IMG/VR virus record: IMGVR_UViG_3300042869_000717
Span: 1-14,207 of that record
Source: a virus
Lineage: Duplodnaviria > Heunggongvirae > Uroviricota > Caudoviricetes
DNA: 14,207 nucleotides
Direction: 5' to 3' (one strand)
Of the stretch, positions 1-7,050 are shown one piece after another. The stretch's first letter is position 1. Every line of letters begins with the position of its first letter. Made by a program: the position numbers and the translations under genes. Below the pieces are notes generated by a model. It made no database searches. It had not been told where the DNA came from and saw only the letters and a program-made list of their open reading frames with translations.

Positions 1-55
1 ATAACCATGTACTAATGAATCTATCTAATTGGTTTTCTGTTATAATGTATTTCAT
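1..55 (-). CDS. Partial (runs off window) small phage protein, MKYIITE family
   Basis: Reverse complement of 1-55 reads MKYIITENQLDRFISTWL; TATTTAT motif 5 nt upstream of ATG; same N-terminus as several other ORFs in the window. Confidence 0.75.
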   Translation of the reverse strand, partial: MKYIITENQLDRFISTWL

Positions 56-484
56 ACTAAATAAATATAAGGGGTTGGGGATTAACGCCTCGGACCATAT
101 AATAGATTAATGAACCACAGTTCCATCAACATCCCATAAAGAATAGGGGCCGTCACCAATACCAAGATTAAACATGGAATTAATATCGTTTTGAATTGTT
201 CTTAAAGTTCGGGATGGTGATGCACTTAAATAACCGTGAACCATCTCACCGGAATTAAACTCAATATTAATAATTGTTAAAGTAATGTTTCGAACGGGAT
301 TACCTTCAAAAAAACTCGGTGTATGAACATTTCTTTTTGTAAAGTAAACCTTACTAACTGAATTGTAACGAGACATAATGTATGACTTAATTAGTTTCTT
401 AAGTTTTTCTTCGGGTATAATATATTTCATACTAAATAAATATAAGGGGTTGGGGATTAACGCCCCGGACCATATAATAGATTA
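41..484. repeat. 69-bp direct repeat pair (41-109 and 416-484) bracketing ORF 107-430
   Basis: TATAAT(G/A)TATTTCATACTAAATAAATATAAGGGGTTGGGGATTAACGCC(T/C)CGGACCATATAATAGATTA twice with 2 mismatches; each unit = upstream stop codon + intergenic + MKYII start on the minus strand. Confidence 0.95.
107..430 (-). CDS. Hypothetical phage protein (107 aa), MKYII family
   Basis: ORF track; MKYIIPEEKLKKLIKSYI N-terminus; TATTTAT 5 nt upstream. Confidence 0.8.
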   Translation of the reverse strand: MKYIIPEEKLKKLIKSYIMSRYNSVSKVYFTKRNVHTPSFFEGNPVRNITLTIINIEFNSGEMVHGYLSASPSRTLRTIQNDINSMFNLGIGDGPYSLWDVDGTVVH

Positions 485-748
485 CTCAGATATAGTATAA
501 AATCCCACGACTTTAATAATATCCGGATGAGGTAAAATGTATTTACCTAAGTTATTAACATATGGTATAAACTCAGAGTAATTATTTCTAATAACATCCG
601 TATAACTCACCCCAACATAAACATGATATTTACTGTAGCCCTTACCAAATATATGAACAATCCTTGTTCCCTCCACGGAAGGATACTCCGTTCTAATAAG
701 ACGAAGCAATACTTTCTCAATAATTTCAGGATGGGTGGGTTTATTCAT
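482..748 (-). CDS. Hypothetical phage protein (88 aa)
   Basis: ORF 482-754; ATG at 748 preferred because the GTG overlaps the -7 promoter box at 754-761. Confidence 0.7.
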   Translation of the reverse strand: MNKPTHPEIIEKVLLRLIRTEYPSVEGTRIVHIFGKGYSKYHVYVGVSYTDVIRNNYSEFIPYVNNLGKYILPHPDIIKVVGFYTISE

Positions 749-753
749 AATCA

Positions 754-784
754 CAAAGATAATAATAAAGATTTACATAACAAA
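754..784 (-). promoter_or_regulatory. Bacteroidota sigma-A promoter for 482-748
   Basis: Minus strand TTTG (781-784), N19, TATCTTTG (754-761). Confidence 0.7.
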
Positions 785-1734
785 GAAATACTAAAGACTA
801 AAACCATTCGTTCATACCTATGTTCCGTTCCACTTCCCTGTCGGTCAGTTCTCTCTCCACTCCGGATTCACTCATAGTTTCATTCTTCACTATTTCTTAT
901 AATCATTATCGGTCCATAACCTTATTACTACCAATAACCCGATAATAATTGTTTTACTCACAATATATACAATTCCCCGCCTGAATGTATTGTCCCCACC
1001 TAACGACAAGACAATGATGAGGTGGTATTAGTAGTTAATGAGGGGATTATACCTATTAGGGTATAAGACAATACCTTCGGTAAACAATTACACCCCTTAA
1101 GGTATAATCCATCCATAACCGTATAATAAGTTATGTTTTGTATCAGTGTAGTCAGTTTAAAACTCACATGAGTGATATGAATAGTAACTTTTAACGACTT
1201 ACCACCTCCCGATGGTCGGGGTTATTACATAACCACCTACGACTTGTCTTCCTTCGAACTCCCTTTGGTCGGTCTACCGACAGGGGCGTAGAATGGTTCA
1301 CTAAGGGGTATCGGTTCCCTCGTTGAGGTTATAAATGTCCTATTATAGGTTCCCTAAAGGGAACTCCCCGCCTCTTGTACTACTCACTACTGTTTTTGCC
1401 AGGTTTTATATATAGTAAAAAACTGGTCCTGTAGGGGTCGTGAGAGGGGAAAAAGTGGTCTTTACACTATAACCACACAGGATATGGTGGTAAAATGTGG
1501 GAGGACTACCCACTTGTTAACACCTCAAAGGCGGGGAAAGGGATTATCCCTTATCGAAACCTCGACTGACATTTTGACAAATCCTAATAATTTACCCCCA
1601 AACTTATCAACAACTACACTTTTTTTTATCAACTGACATAGCGTCAGGACCATTCCCCGCCTGTTAATAACTTTATTTTTATATGTTCCATAACTATATT
1701 TAACTGTATACGGTATTATCCGGACAAGAAAACA

Positions 1735-2001
1735 ATGGAAGATTTAATATTCAACATAGATTATATAGATGAGAAGGTGATTCGAGTGGTCATCTCAGAC
1801 AACAATGTGAATCAGAAAGGGGTTCTATACTTCGAGAAGGTAAAGGCGGGGTTTAATAGGAAACCAATAAGCATGAACTCTTGGGCGTGTGTGGACGCCA
1901 AGATAGAAGGACTATATGAGATGGGAGGGGATTATTCCTCACTCGACATCTTAAACAAGTGTCAGGAACTAATATCTTCGTTTGTCCCCACCGGTAAATA
2001 G
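1735..2001 (+). CDS. Hypothetical protein (88 aa)
   Basis: ORF track; A-rich upstream context; no recognised motif. Confidence 0.65.
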   Translation: MEDLIFNIDYIDEKVIRVVISDNNVNQKGVLYFEKVKAGFNRKPISMNSWACVDAKIEGLYEMGGDYSSLDILNKCQELISSFVPTGK

Positions 2002-2058
2002 GTTATATATTATGGTGACTAACCACCCAAGGAATAAGAATTTTAGTAATGTTCTCAT
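1969..2058 (-). CDS. Putative small membrane peptide (29 aa, MRTLLKFLFLGWLVTIIYNLFTGGDKRRY)
   Basis: Manual translation; single hydrophobic stretch; TATCTTTG -7 box at 2078-2085 on the minus strand upstream; overlaps the 3' end of 1735-2001. Confidence 0.35.
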   Translation of the reverse strand: MRTLLKFLFLGWLVTIIYNLFTGGDKRRY

Positions 2059-2129
2059 ATGATTATTTAATTAACCACAAAGATAATGATTAATATTTGA
2101 TTTTACATATAATCAACTATATTTATAAT

Positions 2130-2449
2130 GGAATATGATTGTCCCCCACAGTAGGGGATTAACCACTCAGTACCTTAGGGACGTAAAGTTTGGAATTATA
2201 GACAACCACATATAACTATTCATTATCCTACTCCACTAGCGTGTCGGTCTACGACACCCGGACCAAATGGAAGATTAAAAATCTTCTCTGTCGTGTCCAT
2301 TACGTGTGGGAATTTTTTGTTTCCGGTCATCACCAAATGGGCGGGGTTTATATAAAAATATAACTTAACCTAAAGGTCAAGTATGAGCGCTGCTCCGTCC
2401 ACTCTCCCCAACCCTTGTTGCGCCCCCTGTCGGGTTGATTACCGATTCA
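2130..2449 (-). ncRNA. Candidate non-coding RNA (promoter-driven, no substantial ORF); 3' boundary is a guess
   Basis: Perfect minus-strand promoter at 2456-2487; downstream sequence is GC-richer with hairpins (e.g. GTGTCG-gtcta-CGACAC near 2241-2257); longest ORF I noticed is ~25 aa. Confidence 0.3.
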
Positions 2450-2455
2450 GTGGTA

Positions 2456-2487
2456 CAAAGATACAACATTATAATAACCCCGCCAAA
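2456..2487 (-). promoter_or_regulatory. Bacteroidota sigma-A promoter
   Basis: Minus strand TTTG (2484-2487), N20, TATCTTTG (2456-2463). Confidence 0.7.
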
Positions 2488-2543
2488 CGGAATATTAAAA
2501 ATATTCTCTGACGTATTTAACATAAGATTATATATTTATTATC

Positions 2544-2996
2544 ATGACACAGGAAGAAGTAGAAAACAATTATACCTACAAGATAGTTAGGAAGGTACTA
2601 ATGAGAGAGTACCCATGGATAAAGGATGTCCAATTAGATGTCCCAAGATTAGAGAACTTTACTTATGTTATCTTCTTGGACATATTCATTGACCCATATG
2701 AGTTGGGGAAAGAACAGGAGTGGGATGTGGCCCGGTGGATTGATAGGTCAGTAGAACAAGGGGAACAATATGAGTCCACGTCCTTATCATTATTCTTTGT
2801 GGGGTCAACTGAAGATATGAGGGAACTAAAGAATGATGTTAACACAACCATTGAAGATGTACAACAGTCCCCCGCCATTCCACCCGAGATGAGAATGCCT
2901 GAAGCAAGATTCACGGTAGGAAGTTTTTTTACTGTAAAAGGTTTGACTGTCCCGGAACCTGAACCGGATGAAGACATTGAAGAAGATACTTACTAA
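2544..2996 (+). CDS. Hypothetical phage protein (150 aa), acidic C-terminus
   Basis: ORF track; TATTTAT-N4-ATG start context; followed by hairpin/T-run. Confidence 0.8.
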   Translation: MTQEEVENNYTYKIVRKVLMREYPWIKDVQLDVPRLENFTYVIFLDIFIDPYELGKEQEWDVARWIDRSVEQGEQYESTSLSLFFVGSTEDMRELKNDVNTTIEDVQQSPAIPPEMRMPEARFTVGSFFTVKGLTVPEPEPDEDIEEDTY

Positions 2997-3002
2997 CATA
3001 TA

Positions 3003-3049
3003 ACCCTCACATCACCATAACATACTGTTATGAATGGTGGGGGTTTTTT
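3003..3049 (+). terminator. Putative intrinsic terminator
   Basis: CATAACA-tac-TGTTATG inner stem with outer CACC/GGTG-type pairing, then GGGGGTTTTTT, right after the 2996 stop. Confidence 0.55.
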
Positions 3050-3089
3050 ATTAACAAGGAGGGGAGGTGTCATGTTAATAACTTATGGG

Positions 3090-3425
3090 TGGGGTCCATA
3101 CTCCCGCGTGGGGCGGGGTACACCCCCCCCCCCCCCTCCCTGCGGTATCCCCCCTTACTATACTGTCAAAACGTCATATAGGGGGGATAATCCCCTAAAT
3201 CAAATAAAATAATTTTTGGGGAAAAATTTACCCCTCCGGTTAGATGGTCGGGGGAATAAATCCCCCACCCTTTAATGGGGGAATAACTCTGTCCGGAAAT
3301 TAGAACTTATCTTAACCCTACCTAATGGGTGGGGTATTGACGGGGGAACACGTACTACACTATCGTTCCGTAAACACGACCCCTTCTTTTTTAAATGTCC
3401 CTTCAACGATAAAAAAAATTTTTGG
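3090..3425. other. G/C-homopolymer-rich non-coding segment with a C14 tract (3123-3136)
   Basis: GGGGCGGGGTACA-C14-TCCCTGCGGTATCCCCCC, further G/C runs to ~3345, then A8T6 near 3411-3424; function not established. Confidence 0.5.
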
Positions 3426-3429
3426 AAAA

Positions 3430-3461
3430 TTTGTGAGGAATTAGGAAATGTTATATCTTTG
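3430..3461 (+). promoter_or_regulatory. Bacteroidota sigma-A promoter for the nucleotidyltransferase
   Basis: TTTG (3430-3433), N20, TATCTTTG (3454-3461). Confidence 0.75.
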
Positions 3462-3475
3462 TAGAAAAATAACTT

Positions 3476-4096
3476 ATGGAGTATTGTGAATTACCGAAAG
3501 ATTCTTTATTAACTAAATTACCTAATTTCAATTTTATTAGGGATGATGAGAAAAAGGACAGGATGAATGTTGTAATTGCCGGTGGAGCCGTCCGGGATAG
3601 TTTATTTGGGGATGAGTATAGTGATATAGACATCTTTGGATTAACTAAAGAGGATTTGGATTTATTTGTTAAGTTGAATCTATCTAAGGGTAATGGTTAT
3701 AAATTGGTTTATTTCAATGAGAACTTGAGGACTTATAGAAAGGGTAAGATTAAGGTTCAGATTATATATAGGGAATATGATAAATTAACGGATATTATTG
3801 ATTCATTTGATTTTACGGTATGTCAGTTTATGTTTGATGGGGAGAAGGTTATATGTAACCCCTCCGGTTTATTGGATGTTTACCATAAGAGGATTATTAT
3901 AAATCATCTTGAACCATTATTTGTCTTTGATTCTTTGAGAAGAGTTCAGAAATATATACAGAAAGGATATACCATCTGTAATGGTGGGATAAAGGACATA
4001 TTGGATAAGTGTCGGGAATTGACTCAGGAACAATATGATGAGAATGTGGAATTCTATCCTAACACTAATGAATATCGAATAATTCGATTTGATTAA
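3476..4096 (+). CDS. Nucleotidyltransferase, PolyA-polymerase/CCA-adding enzyme head-domain-like (206 aa)
   Basis: Signature IAGGAVRD...SDIDIF (GG..RD plus DxD) and downstream SFDFTVCQF motif; no HD or anticodon-binding tail. Confidence 0.8.
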   Translation: MEYCELPKDSLLTKLPNFNFIRDDEKKDRMNVVIAGGAVRDSLFGDEYSDIDIFGLTKEDLDLFVKLNLSKGNGYKLVYFNENLRTYRKGKIKVQIIYREYDKLTDIIDSFDFTVCQFMFDGEKVICNPSGLLDVYHKRIIINHLEPLFVFDSLRRVQKYIQKGYTICNGGIKDILDKCRELTQEQYDENVEFYPNTNEYRIIRFD

Positions 4097-4172
4097 TATT
4101 ATAATGGGCGGGGTTATTCATATACCTTCCAGTCCGGACTCACTTCGTTCGATGGAATCCCAGCCCTTTTTT
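4086..4172 (+). repeat. Dispersed repeat copy A (core 4129-4172, extended homology to copy B)
   Basis: GATTTGATTAATATT...TATACCTTCCAGTCCGGACTCACTTCGTTCGATGGAATCCCAGCCCTTTTTT. Confidence 0.9.
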
Positions 4173-4193
4173 GATAGTCAAGTATTTATCAAT

Positions 4194-4466
4194 ATGAGAT
4201 ATGTTATAAGTGAAAGTAGATTAGAAAGAATGTTTAATAATTATATGGACTCCCAATATGATTTAACATATGATAGTTCACCTCGGGAGTTTGTGGATAA
4301 GAACGGGGATATATTTGGGTTTATGATATTATATTATCAATTTGACTATGTTGATTATTCAACGGAGTATACTTTGAATCAAATGTTTGGGGAACTTACT
4401 GATGAATTATTACTTTCTTATTTAAGGGAGAAATTTCCTGATATAAGAATTGACGGAATAGAATAA
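4194..4466 (+). CDS. Hypothetical phage protein (90 aa), MRYVISESRL family
   Basis: Internal ATG of ORF 4089-4466 with TATTTAT-N4-ATG context; the upstream in-frame part is the repeat element. Confidence 0.8.
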   Translation: MRYVISESRLERMFNNYMDSQYDLTYDSSPREFVDKNGDIFGFMILYYQFDYVDYSTEYTLNQMFGELTDELLLSYLREKFPDIRIDGIE

Positions 4467-4469
4467 GAC

Positions 4470-4494
4470 CCCCACCCTTAAGGTGGGGTTTTTT
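4470..4494 (+). terminator. Intrinsic terminator between convergent genes
   Basis: CCCCACC-cttaa-GGTGGGG followed by TTTTTT. Confidence 0.8.
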
Positions 4495-4789
4495 GTTTTC
4501 TTCTTTTTAATCTATAACCCACTTTCCTATCATATATGTTCCCAATATCATCATAGAATAATGGTTTAACATAATCAAAAAAATTGTCGATACCATAATA
4601 ATCAATTTCGTCGTATAGTTGATGAAGAACCTCATCAATAAAATCCTCTCTATTGTATTCATCAACATCATAATACTTAATAACTTTTGGTATTGTTGAT
4701 TTTATTAAATCAAATCTTCGTAATAAATCTATTGGAGGTTTATTTGATAGTAATTTTTTATATTGAATCTCTGTTAATATTATTTCCAT
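4478..4789 (-). CDS. Hypothetical phage protein (103 aa), MEIILTE family
   Basis: ORF track; TATTTAT-N4-ATG on the minus strand. Confidence 0.8.
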   Translation of the reverse strand: MEIILTEIQYKKLLSNKPPIDLLRRFDLIKSTIPKVIKYYDVDEYNREDFIDEVLHQLYDEIDYYGIDNFFDYVKPLFYDDIGNIYDRKVGYRLKRRKQKTPP

Positions 4790-4837
4790 ATTAATAAATA
4801 CCCTAATTGTTGAGTATTTATAATAAATAAATTTAAT

Positions 4838-4960
4838 ATGGGGAATATTGTTAGACTTACTGAAGGTGATTTGATTAATATTTTAATTGGAGGGGATATT
4901 CGTATACCTTCCAGTCCGGACTCACTTCGTTCGATGGAATCCCATCCCCTTTTTTTTTAG
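4838..4960 (+). pseudogene. Gene fragment (MGNIVRLTEGDLINIL...) running into dispersed repeat copy B
   Basis: Starts with a VRLTExDL-type N-terminus typical of small phage proteins; after ~15 codons the frame enters the repeat and stops at 4958-4960 (40 aa). Confidence 0.4.
4868..4958 (+). repeat. Dispersed repeat copy B (core 4911-4958)
   Basis: GATTTGATTAATATT...TATACCTTCCAGTCCGGACTCACTTCGTTCGATGGAATCCCATCCCC-T9. Confidence 0.9.
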
Positions 4961-4963
4961 AAT

Positions 4964-5446
4964 CTAATTAGGTGATTTAAGACCTATGATGTTTTGATAT
5001 TTTGGGAATAAGGTATCGTATTGGATTAGTATCTCATTAAGATTCTTGATATTCATAAATTCATTTTTTCCCGGGAGTTTTAGGTTGGACTCTATTGTAA
5101 AGATTGAACATACTGATTTAAGTTGTTTTTCGAAATCCACCGCTCCTTTTGCTTGTAATGTGTTTCCTCTTAGAACTTCGATTATTTCTATCTTATGGTG
5201 GTCGGTCCATCTTTTTTCTGAGAATCTTCCGGTTACTGAGTTTTTGGTATAACCAATTTTAATCATGTCTATACCATCCACTTTCATATGAACAACATAT
5301 ACGATGTGTTTCCCGAAACAAGTGTCAATTCTATTATAAAGGTAATCCGTGATTTTTGGATATTCGGTTATAAGGTTAGTGATAGTTTTAATTTTATCAT
5401 CTATCCCCTCCGTTTTCGAGTTCTCGTATTGTTCATATAAATTCAT
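4964..5446 (-). CDS. GIY-YIG superfamily / T5orf172-like protein (160 aa)
   Basis: VYVV...MIKIGYTKNSVTGRF pattern, later FEKQLK and GKNEF motifs, resembling T5orf172/MUG113-type domains. Confidence 0.6.
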   Translation of the reverse strand: MNLYEQYENSKTEGIDDKIKTITNLITEYPKITDYLYNRIDTCFGKHIVYVVHMKVDGIDMIKIGYTKNSVTGRFSEKRWTDHHKIEIIEVLRGNTLQAKGAVDFEKQLKSVCSIFTIESNLKLPGKNEFMNIKNLNEILIQYDTLFPKYQNIIGLKSPN

Positions 5447-5494
5447 GGGTTAAATATATGGAATAATTTTGGGATTAACAAATTATGGTCTCTC

Positions 5495-5540
5495 CCAGTT
5501 CGGACTCACTTCGTTCGATGGAATCCCAACCCTTTTTTTT
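5495..5540 (+). repeat. Dispersed repeat copy C
   Basis: CCAGTTCGGACTCACTTCGTTCGATGGAATCCCAACCC-T8. Confidence 0.9.
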
Positions 5541-5548
5541 ATTATATA

Positions 5549-5580
5549 TTTGGTGGAATAAAAAATTTATTATATCTTTG
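5549..5580 (+). promoter_or_regulatory. Bacteroidota sigma-A promoter
   Basis: TTTG (5549-5552), N20, TATCTTTG (5573-5580). Confidence 0.75.
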
Positions 5581-5598
5581 CTTTCTAAATAAAAAATT

Positions 5599-6015
5599 AT
5601 GGAAAAAGAATTTATACCTTACGAACAAGCATTAGCTTTAAAAGAATTAGGATTTGATGAACCTTGTTTAGGATATTATGTAGGTAAAGATAGAGAGGTT
5701 TATATATCAAATGAAACTATATCTGCTCCTTTTCAATTTAGATTAGAATCTAAAACAACATTTGTAGCACCACTTTACCAACAAGCATTTAGATGGTTTA
5801 GAGAGAAGTATAATTTAGATAGTTGGATTACTAAAGAAAACAAATATCAACAACCTTATTGTTGGTATATCCAAGATAATATCACTGAATATAATAGTGA
5901 TTTTAGAATAGGCGGATTAATATGGGATACTTTTTTTCAAACTTACGAAGAAGCAGAACTTGAATGTTTGGTCAAGTTGATAGAAATTGTTAAGAAGCAA
6001 AACTTAAAAAATTAA
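5599..6015 (+). CDS. Hypothetical phage protein (138 aa), 'EFIPYEQALALKELGFDEPC' family
   Basis: ORF track; promoter upstream; APLYQQAFRWFREKY and TYEEAELECL..LIEIVK motifs that I recognise from Bacteroidota phage hypotheticals. Confidence 0.85.
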   Translation: MEKEFIPYEQALALKELGFDEPCLGYYVGKDREVYISNETISAPFQFRLESKTTFVAPLYQQAFRWFREKYNLDSWITKENKYQQPYCWYIQDNITEYNSDFRIGGLIWDTFFQTYEEAELECLVKLIEIVKKQNLKN

Positions 6016-6022
6016 TAGAAAT

Positions 6023-6118
6023 ATGCAAAAAATAAAAGATTATTGGGGGTTAGTAATTTCATTATTACTCTTATCATTACCATTGTTAGCTTTATTATGT
6101 AATGTCTTAGAAAATTAA
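6023..6118 (+). CDS. Putative small hydrophobic peptide (31 aa)
   Basis: MQKIKDYWGLVISLLLLSLPLLALLCNVLEN; fills the gap between two genes; one predicted TM helix. Confidence 0.35.
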   Translation: MQKIKDYWGLVISLLLLSLPLLALLCNVLEN

Positions 6119-6133
6119 TAGAAATAGTAAAAA

Positions 6134-6457
6134 ATGATGTGGAACTCCAAACCAAAAACAACTGAACCCTTATCTCGAATTGATATATTGAACGAGTATA
6201 AGAAAAACCGAAATCAATATTATTATGAACTAATTAAATCCATTATGGACGGTGCCATTAGTCAATGTACTGATGTTGTTCTATTGGAACCAATCAAAAA
6301 TCATTACCCACATTACTCATACAATGATGTGGTGATTTATTATGATGATAATATCCATAAAATGTTATTGGATGATGACATTGCTTCGTATGCGGATTCA
6401 AGTAATAACATTGTGATAACAATAGACCCTCAAAGGGTTTCACTATTCAAAAAATAA
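6134..6457 (+). CDS. Hypothetical protein (107 aa)
   Basis: ORF track; operon-like spacing. Confidence 0.75.
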   Translation: MMWNSKPKTTEPLSRIDILNEYKKNRNQYYYELIKSIMDGAISQCTDVVLLEPIKNHYPHYSYNDVVIYYDDNIHKMLLDDDIASYADSSNNIVITIDPQRVSLFKK

Positions 6458-6462
6458 GTAAG

Positions 6463-6651
6463 GTGAAAAAGAAAATGACCATTACGGGAATCTTTAATGA
6501 TTTCTTCACAAATTACGAAGATAAGGTGAGCAGTGCTTCATTTGAGATTGATGATGAATTGGATTGTACTTGTTATAAAGAGAGTGGAAGATGTTTGGTT
6601 CATTTTCCACCTGAAGGTTATGTGATGTCCGATATTAATGAAACAACATAA
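6463..6651 (+). CDS. Hypothetical protein (62 aa from GTG; alternative ATG at 6475)
   Basis: ORF track; TAATG stop/start overlap with the next gene. Confidence 0.65.
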   Translation: MKKKMTITGIFNDFFTNYEDKVSSASFEIDDELDCTCYKESGRCLVHFPPEGYVMSDINETT

Positions 6652-6929
6652 TGGAAAAATTGGTTCATGAATATCTTAATTCTATTGTTGGTGATAACCC
6701 CACCTTATCGGTATCGAAAGAGAGTAACCATTTTGAGAGGGCGTTTAAGATGTTTAGTTATTATTATATTGTGAATGGAGTTAAGGTTGGTTCGAGACCA
6801 CATAGTGTTAGTAAAATATCTATGAAGTCTGAGTTATACAATAGTATAAGAAAACTATTTGGATTAAATCATGTGGATACTTCACAATATTTTAATAATT
6901 GGTTAAATAATATCCCTGCTGATGAGTAA
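6651..6929 (+). CDS. Hypothetical phage protein (92 aa), related to the small 'LFGL...W' family
   Basis: ORF track; translationally coupled; C-terminal ELYNSIRKLFGL...FNNWL resembles 12990-13301 and 11207-11497. Confidence 0.8.
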   Translation: MEKLVHEYLNSIVGDNPTLSVSKESNHFERAFKMFSYYYIVNGVKVGSRPHSVSKISMKSELYNSIRKLFGLNHVDTSQYFNNWLNNIPADE

Positions 6930-6943
6930 TTCGTATAGTGCTC

Positions 6944-6990
6944 TTCGTCCGGTTTCTCACTTCGTTCGAGGGAATCCCATTCCTTTTTTT
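6944..6990 (+). repeat. Dispersed repeat copy D
   Basis: TTCGTCCGGTTTCTCACTTCGTTCGAGGGAATCCCATTCC-T7. Confidence 0.85.
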
Positions 6991-6999
6991 CATTATATA

Positions 7000-7031
7000 T
7001 TTGGTGATTTGAATTCTTTGTTTTATATTTG
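7000..7031 (+). promoter_or_regulatory. Bacteroidota sigma-A promoter for the TnpB-like gene
   Basis: TTTG (7000-7003), N20, TATATTTG (7024-7031); flanks share ATTATATATTTGGTG and TTTGCTTTCTAAATAAA with the promoter at 5541-5598. Confidence 0.75.
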
Positions 7032-7050
7032 CTTTCTAAATAAATTATAT

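Noticed and set aside
623-877. 84-aa plus-strand ORF
   Set aside because: Antisense to 482-748 and its promoter; atypical composition
2663-2977. 104-aa minus-strand ORF
   Set aside because: Ser-rich shadow of 2544-2996
3030-3212. 60-aa Pro/Gly-rich ORF
   Set aside because: Arises from G/C homopolymers; starts inside a terminator hairpin
4089-4193. N-terminal extension of ORF 4089-4466
   Set aside because: It is the translation of repeat copy A; ATG 4194 has the family N-terminus and the TATTTAT-N4 context
6922-7050. N-terminal 43-aa extension of the TnpB ORF
   Set aside because: It translates dispersed repeat D and the promoter; ATG 7051 follows the promoter and gives a typical TnpB N-terminus
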